From Chiloscyllium plagiosum (taxonomy: Eukaryota), in NCBI RefSeq assembly GCF_004010195.1, contig NC_057718.1:24297414-24361413 (forward strand): a stretch of 64,000 bases of DNA, in the 5' to 3' direction. The position numbers were made by a program, and so were the translations under genes. Shown here piece by piece: positions 36,790 to 48,596 of the stretch. Within the stretch, counting starts at the first letter, position 1. The number at the start of each line of letters is the position of its first letter. Below the pieces are notes generated by a model. The model was not told where the DNA came from. It searched no databases and was given only the letters and a program-made list of their open reading frames with translations.

Positions 36790-38480
36790 AGAAAAAATGA
36801 AGTAGGAGCAGGCCATTTCGCCCATCAAGGCTGCCCTGCCATTTAACAAGTTCATGGCAGATCTACCTCAGGCCTCAACGTTTTCATGCTAGCTCAGTGT
36901 AGCCATCAACTCCCTAATGTTTTTTAAAATGTTGCAGCCTTCTCTTTAAACATCTTCAGTGATCTAGCAACATTCTGGGGAAAACAAATTCCAGATGCCT
37001 ATTAGTCTCCAGAAGAAGAAATTCCTTCCCATCTCAGTTTGAAATGAGTACCCTCCTCTTCTATAACTATGTCCCCAGTTCGAAAGACCCACCTCAGAAT
37101 TTTCTATGTTTCAATAAGATCACCACTCTTCCTTCTAAACTGTGCTGAATAAAGACCTAGGAGAAAGTGAGGACTGCAGATGCTAGAGATCAGAGCTGAA
37201 AATGTGTTGCTGGAAAAGCGCAGGTCAGGCAGCATCCAAGGAGCATGAGAATCGATGTTTCGAGCATGAGCCCTTCTTCAGGAATCCTTCAGGAATCCTA
37301 AAATTCCTGAAGAAGAGCTCATGCCCGAAACGTCGATTCTCTTGCTCCTTGGATGCTGCCTGACCTGCGCTTTTCCAGCAACACATTTTCAGCTCTGAAT
37401 AAAGACCTAAACATTTTAACTCTCCGTAATAAGTCAACCCCTACCTCCCAGAAATCTGCCTAATGAATCTCTTTTGAATAGTCTCCAGTGTTAGTTTTCT
37501 TAAATACTGTGCAGGGACCGAAACACCATGCACTGCTCTCTTGGTGTGGCCACACCAACTCCCTGTACGGTTGTAACAAGACTTCTTGATTTTTAAACTC
37601 GAACCCCACAACAATTAACACCACAATTCCATTTGCTGGCTTAATTACTTGCTGCACAAGCATGCTAAGTTTTTGTCTTTCATTCACTAGAACATCTAGA
37701 TGCCTCTATGCTGTACTATTTTGGAATTCTGTCTCCACATAAATTATAGTTCACTTTTTGATTCTTCTTACGAAAATGAACAAGCTCCCACTTTCCGACA
37801 TTATTCTCCATCTACCAAATTTTCATCCACTCACTCACGCAATATATCCTCTTGCAGATGTTTTGTCCTCAACACAACATGCCCTGTGACCTGTTTTTGT
37901 ATGATCAGAAAATTCGGATATTTTAAACTCTACTCCCTCCTATCATTAATATGAGTAGTAAATAATTGAGGCCTTAGGACTGACCCACTAGTTATGTCTT
38001 TCCGACTTGAAAAGGATCCGTTAATTCACTGTCTTGTGTATTAATCAATTCTCAATCCATGCTAATAGATTGGACTGATACCATTAACACCTAACTTGTT
38101 CAAACATGATTTATATGGGACCTTATCGAATGCTATCTGAAAATCCAAAAAGATTACATCTAAAGGTTTCCCTTTTTCAACACTGTTTCTTATACCCTCA
38201 ATGACTCCAGCAAATTTGTCAAACATGATTTCCCTTTCACAAAAACTAACTTGATTATGTTTTATTGTGTTAAGCGTTTCCTAATTATCCTATTATTTCT
38301 TCCTTGATAATGGAGTCCAGTATTTTCTTGATGACAGATGTTCAGCTAACTTTCCTGTTTTCTGGATCCCTCCCTCTAAGAACAGGACTGAATCCTTCTG
38401 GAATCGAGAGTTGTGGAATATTTCACCCAATCCCTCTGCAGCTATTTCCATTAAAACCCTTGGATATAGGTCTTTAGATC
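36790..38480 (-). mobile_element. Old CR1 LINE containing a PLE palindrome
   Basis: CR1 tail gtaggagcaggccatttcgccc, plus GFEFKNQEVLLQPYRELVWPH and LYPRVLMEIA motifs. Confidence 0.8.
37160..37394. mobile_element. PLE family-A fold-back palindrome
   Basis: Two inverted hammerhead-bearing arms. 15-bp TSD ctgaataaagaccta at 37145-37159 and 37395-37409. Confidence 0.92.
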
Positions 38481-39011
38481 TTGTAACTTGGCTGCCTCCA
38501 GGCACATTAGTTTGTTCAATAATTTGTTCTAAGTAGTCATCCTCTCCAAACCAGTTCAAGGTAATTCTTATCTTCTCAGGGCTTAATTCTGTTCTTTTCC
38601 TTTCTTAGTCTAGAGCTTTCAATCTCAAAATTGAAAGTAAGAGCTTTTCTATCACTGGTTCTTCCTCCAGTGCAAGCAGGGTATATCTTCTCGCCCCTCT
38701 AAGTACACACACCTTCGGTCATTGAAATCCACAAAGATTGGAATGTCCCACCCACATTCCCACAATGTGAATCACGTTGCTGACTCTGGCAGGTCTCTCT
38801 CTCTTGGATCCTCGTACATTTACCTGACTGGGATTTTTCAGGAACTCTTGGTCCCTTCCCCTCAAATCTTTTTGCCATGACACATGAATCACATGGGCTT
38901 TGTACTCAAGATAGAAATGCTGATTATCAGCCCTGAGAGCCCCAGACACATTCTTTTTTATCTTGGAAACATCCAGAAAGATAAATTAACAACTGTTTTC
39001 AACTAGACAGA

Positions 39012-39245
39012 GGAGGTTATGGCCTAGTGGTACTGTAGCTGCACTATTAACCCAGTTAATGTTCTGGGAACCTGGGCTCAAATCCCACCATGGTAGATGA
39101 TGGAAAATGCCAACCTTATCTGGTCTGGACAACATGTGACTCCAGACCTACAACAATGTGGTTGGCTTTTCATTGCTCTGTGGGGCGGTCAATAAATGCT
39201 AACCTAGCCAGTGATCCTTTATCCCATGAATAAATAAAAAAAGAA
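39012..39245 (+). mobile_element. tRNA-derived SINE of a second family
   Basis: A-box tggcctagtgg, B-box gggctcaaatccc, and tail aataaatgctaacctagccagtgatcctttatcccatgaat(A)n, which is shared with the LINE ends at ~45590 and ~48075. Confidence 0.7.
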
Positions 39246-39504
39246 AAACAAATTCTCAACACTTTCTCTGAGACTGTTCATCATCCACTGATTTCATACA
39301 AGTTGCTGGCTTCATTGTACCCATATGTAAATGACTGCACCTCCTTCCCATTAAGTGATCTTGATGCCCTTTAATCAATAATATTCAGCTGCCCAGACTT
39401 GCAGGTCATCTCACCTCTTTCCCAAAGCAACCCCCCCCATCCCCAACCTCCCGAAAAAGTTTTCCCAACTTCAGTTGACCTTCAGTCTGCTGCTGATTAT
39501 AATA

Positions 39505-39744
39505 GGAGAAAGTGAGGTCTGCAGATGCTGGAGATCAAAGTTGAAACTTTATTGCTGGAACAGCACAGCAGGTCAGGCAGCATCCAGGGAACAGGAGATT
39601 CGACGTTTCGGGCACAGGCCCTTCTTCAGGAATGAGCAGAGATCTCTGCTCATTCCTGAAGAAGGGCCTGTGCCCGAAACGTCGAATCTCCTGTTCCCTG
39701 GATGCTGCCTGACCTGCTGTGCTGTTCCAGCAATAAAGTTTCAA
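39505..39744. mobile_element. PLE family-A perfect fold-back palindrome with two hammerheads
   Basis: Perfect 104-bp arms (39539-39642 and 39643-39746). 15-bp TSD ctgctgattataata at 39490-39504 and 39745-39759. Confidence 0.95.
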
Positions 39745-41129
39745 CTGCTGATTATAATACCCCTACCAGGATGGCAGGTATCATGGTGCCACGCTCTATC
39801 AGACGCCATCGTCATATTTAGATTATATTCTCAAATTACCGTGCCATCCACCGTTCAGCTATACCAAGGCCTCTTCTGCTGTCCTCCCCTTTGCTTTGTA
39901 TGAGAGATCTCTTTGGCTTTTCCACTCTGAGCCAAGGAGCAAAATACTGGCATTTTATTTTCTCGTGTTACTACTTATAAATTTGTTTTGCTCTTCCAAT
40001 TTCAATCACCCTTCATTTAAGATACGGTCTCGAAATGGGAATTTTAGCCTGCATCTGAGCCTGTATTTTCTTCTGCAGTTCTTATTGTTCAGGTTTGTGA
40101 GGAATTAGAAGTGGTTACAGAAATGTGTGATCAAATAAATATTCCAAAGGATACATTTCAAACTATTTGACAAATCATCATTGGTTTAATTTAGCCAAGA
40201 GGCCTAAAGGAATGCAATGCCATCATTTTAGAACTGTAAGCCTAATTAGTCATTTAAGTGAGTCATTAAAATTAATTGCAAAATACCTTACAGACATAGT
40301 GCAAAAATGTAACTATCTTAAAACTCTCAATTATAACCAGGTCAGTCACATAAGGGACTTCATGATGAGGTTCATCCTGCATATTTAAAATTGCAAACAG
40401 GTCATGGTTATAAAATGTAACCATTCTTCCTTGATGCTTCTTGAAATTTCTGAATTATTCAAGATCCACTTTGGCAAAGTCAGGGGAAAATTGCAAGGAT
40501 TGAAGTGAGATTTTGGTGTAGATGGAAGGAGTTTAAGAAAATCATTTCCCTCACCATGCGCATGATACGTATTTTTACCGTCATATTACAATTTCCAATG
40601 TATTATTAATTCCAGTAGGATTTGTTCTTACCCATTTCTTTCCCAGTAATACATGCACACAGATCTTTTTAAAAGCTCAGTACGGTGGACAATGATACTA
40701 TAGTTTTTAAATAATTTGTAGCAGGCATGAATTAAATGCTTAGGCCATAAACCTCAAATGTCAAAGTCAGAATTCTCATCCTTGGCAATTGCAAAGAGAT
40801 AGTGACAGTAATATAATCGAAGATTGAGCAGATTGCACATGGCATGCCCAAACTGCAAGGAATGGGCATTTAAATGTAATTATCTTGAATGTAAACTGTG
40901 ATAAAGTAACCACTCACAATAAGAGCTCTCACACATTTCAATAAACTGAAGCAATTTAAATTATTTGTGGTCGTTTCCTAAAGAAAGTATACACAATAGT
41001 CTTGCTAGAACAAGTTACCTATTACAACATATCATTTGGTTGTTGAAGGAAGTGATTTTGGAGGTGTAGCTGCCCGCATATTGTCTCTGTTGTGGATAGT
41101 TTTGCAATGCAGCAATTTGGAATGCCATG

Positions 41130-41480
41130 TAGAGAGAGAGAGACACACACACACTCTTCTCTCTCTTCCCCTTTCTCTCTCTGTCCCTTTACTCTCTCTC
41201 TGTCCCTTTACTCTCTCTCTGTCCCTTTACTCTCTCTCTGTCCCTTTACCCCTTTTCTCTCCCTCTCTCTCTCTGTCCCTTTTCTCTCCCTCTCTCTGTC
41301 CCTTTTCTCGATCTCTCTCTGTCCCCTTTCTCGGTTTCTGTCACTTTTCTCTCTCTCTGTCCCTTTTCTCTCTCTCTGTCCCTTCTCTCTCTCTCTCTCT
41401 CTGTCTCTGTCCCTTCTCTCCTTTTACCTCTCTCTCCTCTCAACCCCCTTCACTCCCTCCCCATCTCTCTCACCCTCTCA
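41130..41480. repeat. CT-rich minisatellite / polypyrimidine tract
   Basis: Tandem ~19-21 bp units of ctctctctgtcccttt(t/a), preceded by (ga)n(ca)n. Confidence 0.9.
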
Positions 41481-42364
41481 TCAGACTGGAGCAGGTTTGA
41501 TGGACTAGGTTTTATTTTCCCGTCCCTCATTTTTAGCTATTTGTGCAGTTTGCAACTGATCTGCAGGTTCCTGACAACACCAGCTGCTCTGATAGCTCAA
41601 CAAGTTGATTGAATGAGCTGTTAACCCACAGAGACTACAAAAATCCACTGACAGAATATTTTTAATTACTGCATTGTATCTAATGAACATAACCTTTCTT
41701 TTATTTGCAAGTGGATGTTGCTTTCTAAGTATGAATATTCCATCTTTCAACCGTTGGAATGTTTACAGCAGACTTTCCCACAGTTAATTATAATTATCAA
41801 AGTAAATATCTCTCCTATGTGTTATTAAAGACACACATTATAGACCTTAAGTTCTAACCAATTATTTCACAAAATTCAAATAGAAAAACAGGCCTTTCAA
41901 TCTAATCAATCCATGCAAGACACCTCCCAGCAATCCCTAACTAATTTTGTTCATTAATACTCCTGTATATGCTTCACCTTGTAAGCTTAGCTTCCCTTTA
42001 CCTATCAATATTAATCATTTCAGCTTTTATGGTAGAAGTTTCTGCATCCAACCACCCCCCCAAATTTAAAATAAATTCTTCCGAATTCCTTATTTGATTT
42101 CTTAGTGATATCTTATCTTGGGCTTGTGGACATGCCTTGGCACTCATAACCAGATATGAGCAAATAATTCCATTGGTTTGTGGATACCTGAAGAGAGCTG
42201 AATGTTAAAGGAGCAATCACTGACCAGCAAGGCATCCAGAGTAGAGCTGGAAGATAGACCAATGTCAAGATATATCACCTTTTTGACAAATGCTGCCACA
42301 GCCGTCCTTTGGGCTGAATTGGGGAGGTTGAGACAGGAACCTGACTTTTTGGCAGCATCCAAGG

Positions 42365-42505
42365 AATGGAACTGAATTGAATTTATTGTCATGTATTCCG
42401 AGGTACAGTGAAAAGTTTTGTCTTGCGAGCAATACATGCAGATTACATAGTTAAGTAGAATAGATAAGTAAATAATAGGTAAACAGTGGCAAAAAACAAA
42501 ACACA
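42365..42505 (-). mobile_element. 3' end of another non-LTR element with a (ttcaa)n-type tail
   Basis: gaattgaatttattgtcatgtattccgaggtacagtgaaaagttttgtcttgc. The family (Rex1/RTE-like) is uncertain. Confidence 0.45.
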
Positions 42506-42624
42506 GGGCTTATGCCTGAAACGTTAATTCTCCTGCTCCTTGCATGCTGTCTGACCTGCTGTGCTTTTCCAGCGCCACACTCTCAACTTTGATCTCCAGC
42601 ACCTGCAGTCCTCACTTTCTCCTC
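42506..42624 (+). mobile_element. PLE family-A 3' stub starting inside hammerhead stem II
   Basis: gggcttatgcctgaaacgttaattctcctg...cagtcctcactttctcctc. Confidence 0.85.
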
Positions 42625-42804
42625 TTTTGGGCAGACCAGGCTGCCTATGTTTTTTTTTCTCAGGCTCGGGTCTTTGAGAGGATACTGTTGTTTCGCTGAA
42701 AAGTGTAAACATAACATGAGAGACCGCAGTTTGAAATTGACTGGCAAAGAGGGCAGTGGGAGTGACCACTTCCCCTTGCTCCCCTTCCTCCAGTTGAGGA
42801 CAAA

Positions 42805-43540
42805 CAGGACAAAAGAATACATGATGAATAGTAGGTCTCTGGGAAGCACCAAGGATCAGAGGAACCTTGGTGTGCACTACCCCAGTCCTATAGGTATCAG
42901 GATAGGCGGATAAAGGACTAAGATGGTATATGGGACACTTGCCTTTATTAGCCAAGACATAGCATTTAAAAGCAGGGAGGTCTGCTGGAGCTGTATAAAA
43001 TATTGGTTAGGCCAGAGCTAGACTATTGTGTGCAGTTCTGGAATCCACATTATAGGAGGGATGTGATGGCATTGGAGAGAGTACAGTGGAGATTTACCAG
43101 GACATTGCCTGAGCTGGAGAATTTTAGTTATGAAGAAAGATTGGATAAACTGGGGTTGCTTTCCTTTGAGCAGAGATTGAGAGGGGACATGATTGAGATG
43201 GAATAAAATTGAGGGACATAAATAGTAAGAAGCTTTTCCCCCTTGATGGAGGGGATCAATGATCAGGGGACATTGATCTAAGTTTAGGGATAGAGGAGGT
43301 GTGAGGAATAACTATTTCACTCAGAAAGTGGTGAGATCTGAACTCACTGCCCGTAGGGATTAGTAGGGGCAGAAGCCATCAGATCGTTTTAAGTAGCATT
43401 TAGATGTATGCTTGTGATGCCAAGACCTTTAGGTCAGTCGCTGGAAATTGGAATTAGGAAAACTAGATGGCTATTGTTGACCGGTGTGGATGTGATAACC
43501 CCTAAGAGCCTTTCTGTGTTGGAGGTTTCTAACTCTGACT
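42805..43540 (+). mobile_element. CR1 3' fragment
   Basis: LVRPELDYCVQFWNPHYRRDVMALERVQWRFTR. Confidence 0.88.
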
Positions 43541-43949
43541 GTAGTGCCCCACACGTCAGCTTACCCCCTGTCGGGCAGACCCCAATTGATGAGGAGCTGA
43601 AAAGCCACAGCCCATCTCCTCTATTGGCATTTGGAGTTGAGACTCTGCTCAATAAGTAGATGGAATCTATTGCACCAAACAAAATAAACAAAAAGAAACC
43701 AGATGCCAACTCTTCAGTTGGCAAGCCAGGACAGCAGAGCTATGTGTATGTGTTTCACAACAACTTGCAGCCCGTCAATAGCATGTAAAAGAAACTGTGT
43801 TCAATATAGGACTTGATAAGCCCACCAACAACATAGCTTTCCTAGAGGAGGCCAGGTTTGCCAAGGACTGATCCCTGCAAGAAGAGCTGTAAATGTTTAT
43901 CTCTGCAAGGAAAGAGCTCAGAGGAAATATGTGAACAAGGTGCCCATAG

Positions 43950-44110
43950 TGTCTAGCAATGCACTGGCTAGGTGGATTAGTCATGGAAAATGCAGGGTTA
44001 CAGGGATAGAGGTGGGAGTGGGGAGGGAGATTCTGCATGGTTGCTGTTCAGAGGGTTGGTGTGGAAACGATGGGCCAAATGGCCTGCTTCCACACTGAAG
44101 GGATCCCATA
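43950..44110 (+). mobile_element. HE1 3' fragment
   Basis: ggtggattagtcatgg...tgggccaaatggcctgcttccacactg. Confidence 0.6.
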
Positions 44111-45249
44111 TAAAAGAAAAGTGCAAGCTTCACTGCAAGGAACTACTCTTCCCCCCCCCCCCCCCCCACCCCAGCAGATATTTCAGAATGTTTTCTCTCC
44201 ATCTATCTTTTAATTCGACTCGGGCCAGTTCATCTCATTGGCTCCAGCATTTTACTGCACTGCAGAGGTACTCCACTGCAGATACAATAGCAATGTTTAA
44301 GAGGCATCATGACAGATGCATGAATAAGCAGGGGAAAAAAGAGATACAAACTGCATAGAGACCAGGGTTGTTAGTTTAGAAAGGCATCATGTGTCAGTGC
44401 AGGCTTGGTGGGCTGCACTGTTCTTTGCACTCTGTACAATGGCAAAAAGTATTCTTCAAACAGGGATTTGACATTGCTTTCAGCAAAATCCTGGATATGG
44501 AACATCTTTGCCTATGGAAGCATTTCAACCCATCTGAGATGTGGCACAACTGCCTCAGATACAATGATCTGGACAAGATAAACGAGAATGAAATGAGATT
44601 TCCTGAGCTTTTGCTTCTTCCATGACCTTTTGTGTTCCTAACACAATAAACCTTTTTGTGACTGAGAGACATTTAAGATCACTGGTGCTAGATGAGCGTT
44701 CGTCACTAGAAGTTAGTGTAGACCCACTTTCTGAACACTAGCATGAACCATAGCACTGACTGATACAGATCACTTCCTGTTCAGCTAAAAAAACAGTAAT
44801 TCTGTTCTCCTGAAATCCTGTGTAATAAGAGTATCACATAATAGCAGTATCATTTAAACTAATAGGGCTTGATTTGTGTTAGAACCAATCCACGCTTTAA
44901 AAGGTTGTGCTTTAGGAAGTGTCCCCAATTTGTCAATCGTGTTATAGTGAATTTGTGTTAACGAAACACATGTTATAGCAGAATGACCTGTACCAGGGTT
45001 CAGGTGCAACCTTTTGAATTTAGTTTCATTCAAAGCAAAAATGTCACCATTATAGCAATATTAGTCATTCTGCTTATCCAGATTTTTTTAAAAAAAAACA
45101 GATTTTGGAATTGGGGCTTTCTGACAGAGCGCAAAGACCATATAGAGCAAACTTCAAGACACTATCTAAAATACCACAATCTCAGTGTATGTAAAGCAAG
45201 AGTGAAAAATGCTGACTGGTTAGAGGTTTGCATAACTAATGGAATGCGA

Positions 45250-45482
45250 CTGCATGGGTTTCCTCTGGTGCTCCGGTTTCCTCCTACAGTCAAAAGATGT
45301 ACAGGTTAGGTGAATTGGCCATGCTGAATTGCCTGTCATGTCCAGGGATGTGTAGGTTGGGTTGATTAGCCATGGGAAGCACAGAGTTATAAGGTGGGGG
45401 TCTGGATGGACTGCTGTTCAGAAGGGCAGTGTGACTCAATGGGCTGAATAACCTGCTTCCACACTGTAGGCATTCTATGATT
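45250..45482 (+). mobile_element. 5'-truncated HE1 SINE
   Basis: gggtttcctctggtgctccggtttcctcctacagtcaaaagatgtacaggttagg. Confidence 0.8.
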
Positions 45483-46910
45483 TCATTGAAGCTAAGCAGC
45501 TCACTCATTATTTGCAAGAGATCTGAGCATGAAAGTTATGAAAGCACAAAGAATTGTTTAAAGACCAGCAGACTGCCAGACACTTTTTTAAAAATCCATT
45601 CATGGGCCTTGAGCATTGCTGGCTGGCCAGGATTTAATGCCTATCCTTCGTTGCCCTTGAGAAGAGGGTGACGAGTTGCCTCCTTGAATTATTGTAATGC
45701 ATGTCCTGTACACAGATCCACAATACCCTTAGGGAGGGAATTCCAGGACTTTGACCCAATGACTCTGAATGAACAGCGATATATTTTCTGAGTCAGGATG
45801 GTGAGTGGCTTGGAGGGGCATCTACAGGTGGTGGTGTTACAATGTGTCTGCTCCCCACGTCCTTCGAGATGGAAGTGGTCATGGGTTTGGAAGGTGCTAC
45901 CTGAAGATCTTTGGTGAATTTCTCAATGTATCTTGTAGATAGTACACACTGCTACTACTGAGTGTCAGTGATAGATAGTGTTAATACTTATGGATATAGT
46001 GTCAATTGAGTAGGCTGCTTTTGTCCTAGATGGTGTCCAGCTTCTTGGATGTTGTTGGGGCTACATCCATCCAGGTAACTGGGGAGGATTTCATCACAAT
46101 GCTGACTTCTACCTTGTAGATGGTGGAAAGGCTTTGGGATATCAAGAGGACAGTTACAATGTTCCTACCCTCTGACCTGGTCGTGTTGCCACTGCCCTTA
46201 TGTGGTGAGTCAAGTTGAGTTTCTGGTCAATGGTAACCCCCAGGATGCTGATAGGGGATTTAGTGATGATAGCATTGAACGTCAAGGGACAATGATTTAC
46301 ATTGTATCTTGGCAACGCCTGACATTTGTGTGGTACAAAACATACTTCCTATTTTTCAGGTTGAGCCTGAATATTGTCAAGATTTTGTTGCATTTGAATA
46401 TAGACTGCTTCAGCATCTGAGTCGTCGCGAATCATGCTGAATGCCATACAATCATTGGCAAACATCCCCATTTCTGACCTTATTGTGGATGTAAGGTCAT
46501 TGATGAAACAGCTAAAGATGTTTGGGCCTAGGTCACTACCCTGAGGAACTCCTGCTGAGTTGACTGACCTCCAGTAGTCTCAATCATCATCCTATGTGCC
46601 AAGTATGACTCCAACCAGCAGAGAGTTTGCCCCACTGATATTCATTGATTCAGGTTTTGCAAGGGCTCCTTGATGTCAAACTCAATCAATCATTGGCCTC
46701 GATGTTAAGGGATGTCAATCTCACCTCCCCTCTGGAATTCAGGTCATTTTTCCATTTTTTGAATCAAAGCTGTAATGAGGTCAAGAGCTGATTGGTCCTG
46801 GCAGAACCCAAAATGGTGTCATTGAGCAGGTTATAGCTGAGTGGGTGCTGCTTGATAGCACTGTTAACACCTTCCATCACTTTACTGATTGAGAGTAGAC
46901 TGATGGGGGC

Positions 46911-47543
46911 TGTTATGGACCAGACCTGACCCCCTCAAAATATTTCAAGAAAGTAGCTCAGACCTTAACTTTGCTAGTTTTTTTTTTTGTGCAGGTGTAC
47001 AGTGGAGAGATGCAGCTGGTCAAGCCACTTAGTTTTAAACAAAGCCAAATTTGTTTCCAAGATTACCAAATGAAACACAAACAAAAGGGAACAGAATACC
47101 AAAATAACAACCCATCCGAAAACCCAACAGATTATCCAAACTTAATGATGCTGCTCCAAATGCTTGCAACAATCCCCATAAACATCCCTTGGCACAAAAG
47201 GTAAAATCAAACACAGGGTTTTACAGAAAGAGAGGATCAGCATGGACCTGCTTTTTTGGGTCCAGCAGCTTCCAAACTGACCTGCTTTCAGTGTACAGCC
47301 AGACTGGTAAAACCAGCCAAACCAAAGTAACACTGAGCTGGGAGAACTGGCCACTCCCCTTTCATTGTCCAAGTGTTTTGTTTAAACTTGAAAGCCTTTT
47401 GCCTGAGGCGGTATCTATTAGCTATAATCAAATTGGCCCTAAAAACCATCCAAGCTGGACTTATTGGAATCGCTACTTTTACGACCTCTCTGGAAAAAGA
47501 ACCAAGAACAGCATAACCTTGTTAAAGGAGCAGCACTGTTACA
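46911..47543. mobile_element. Solo LTR (633 bp)
   Basis: TGTTA...TTACA termini. 4-bp TSD gggc at 46907-46910 and 47544-47547. Confidence 0.8.
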
Positions 47544-48074
47544 GGGCCTGGTTGGATTTGCTCTGTTTTATTTGTATACAGGGCATACCTGTGCAATGTT
47601 TCACTTTGTGGGGTAGTAGGCAATGTTGTAACTGTACTGGAACAGCTTGGGGAGGGGAGTGGCAAGTTAAGACCATAAGACATAGGAGTGGAAGTAAGGC
47701 CATTCGGCCCATCGAGTCCACTCCGCCATTCAATCATGGCTGATGGGCATTTCAACTCCACTTACCCGCATTCTCCCCGTAGCCCTTAATTCCTTGTGAC
47801 ATCAAGAATTTATCAATCTCTGCCTTGAAGACAAATACTACAAAAATAACAATGTGCAGAATAAACTCATCTGTATTCATTGAACATATACACGGATACG
47901 TATCATAAATTTAAAATGCACATTGTGCCCACAATGTTGGTTTAATGAAATAAACCTTTGATATAATGTGTACTATGATGATACCTTGAACCAAACATAT
48001 GTAATTTGGGCACAGTACAAGTTAAAAATGAGCCATGGGTATAACAGCACGAGTGCATGTGTAAACTACTTTTT

Positions 48075-48335
48075 AAAATATATTCGTTCATGTGATGTGA
48101 ATGTCACTGTATAGAGCAGCATTTGTTGTCCAACCCTGAATTCCCTCGAGGAAATGTTGGTGAGCTGCCTCTTGAACTGCTGCAGTGCTTGATGAGTAGG
48201 GGCAGCCACTGTGCTGTTAGGAATGGAAATCTGGGACTTTGATCCATTGATACAGAAGGAATGCCGATATATTTCTAAATCAGGAGAGTGTATGGCTTGG
48301 AGGGAAATTTGCAGATGGTTGAGTTCCCATGCTTT
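48075..48335 (-). mobile_element. 3' stub of the older LINE family seen at 45585
   Basis: Collinear with 45595-45840. Confidence 0.7.
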
Positions 48336-48339
48336 CTAT

Positions 48340-48596
48340 GATTACTTATAGTGTGGAAACAGGCCCTTCGGCCCAACAAGTCCACACCGACCCGCTGAAG
48401 CGCACTTACCCAGACCCATTCCCCTACATTTACCCCTGCACCTAACTACGGGCAATTTAACATGGCCAATTCGCCTGACCCGTATATCTTTGGACTGTGG
48501 GAGGAAACCAGAGCACCCGGAGAAAACCCATGCAGACATGGGGAGAATGTGCAAACTCCACACAGTCAGTCGCCTGAGGCGGGAATTGAACTCTGG
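48340..48596 (-). mobile_element. HE1 SINE truncated by a gap
   Basis: Reverse complement of the HE1 body and tail. Confidence 0.9.

Noticed and set aside
39475..39903. Identical peptides on both strands (KLYCWNSTAGQAAS...)
   Set aside because: This follows from the palindrome; there is no evidence of coding.
41036..41508. Leu/Ser-rich and Arg/Glu-rich ORFs
   Set aside because: They are translations of the CT minisatellite.
43585..43610. ttgatgaggagctgaaagc (and ctgatga at ~56400 and ~57185) as hammerheads
   Set aside because: There is no proper stem II or stem I, or no GAAA.
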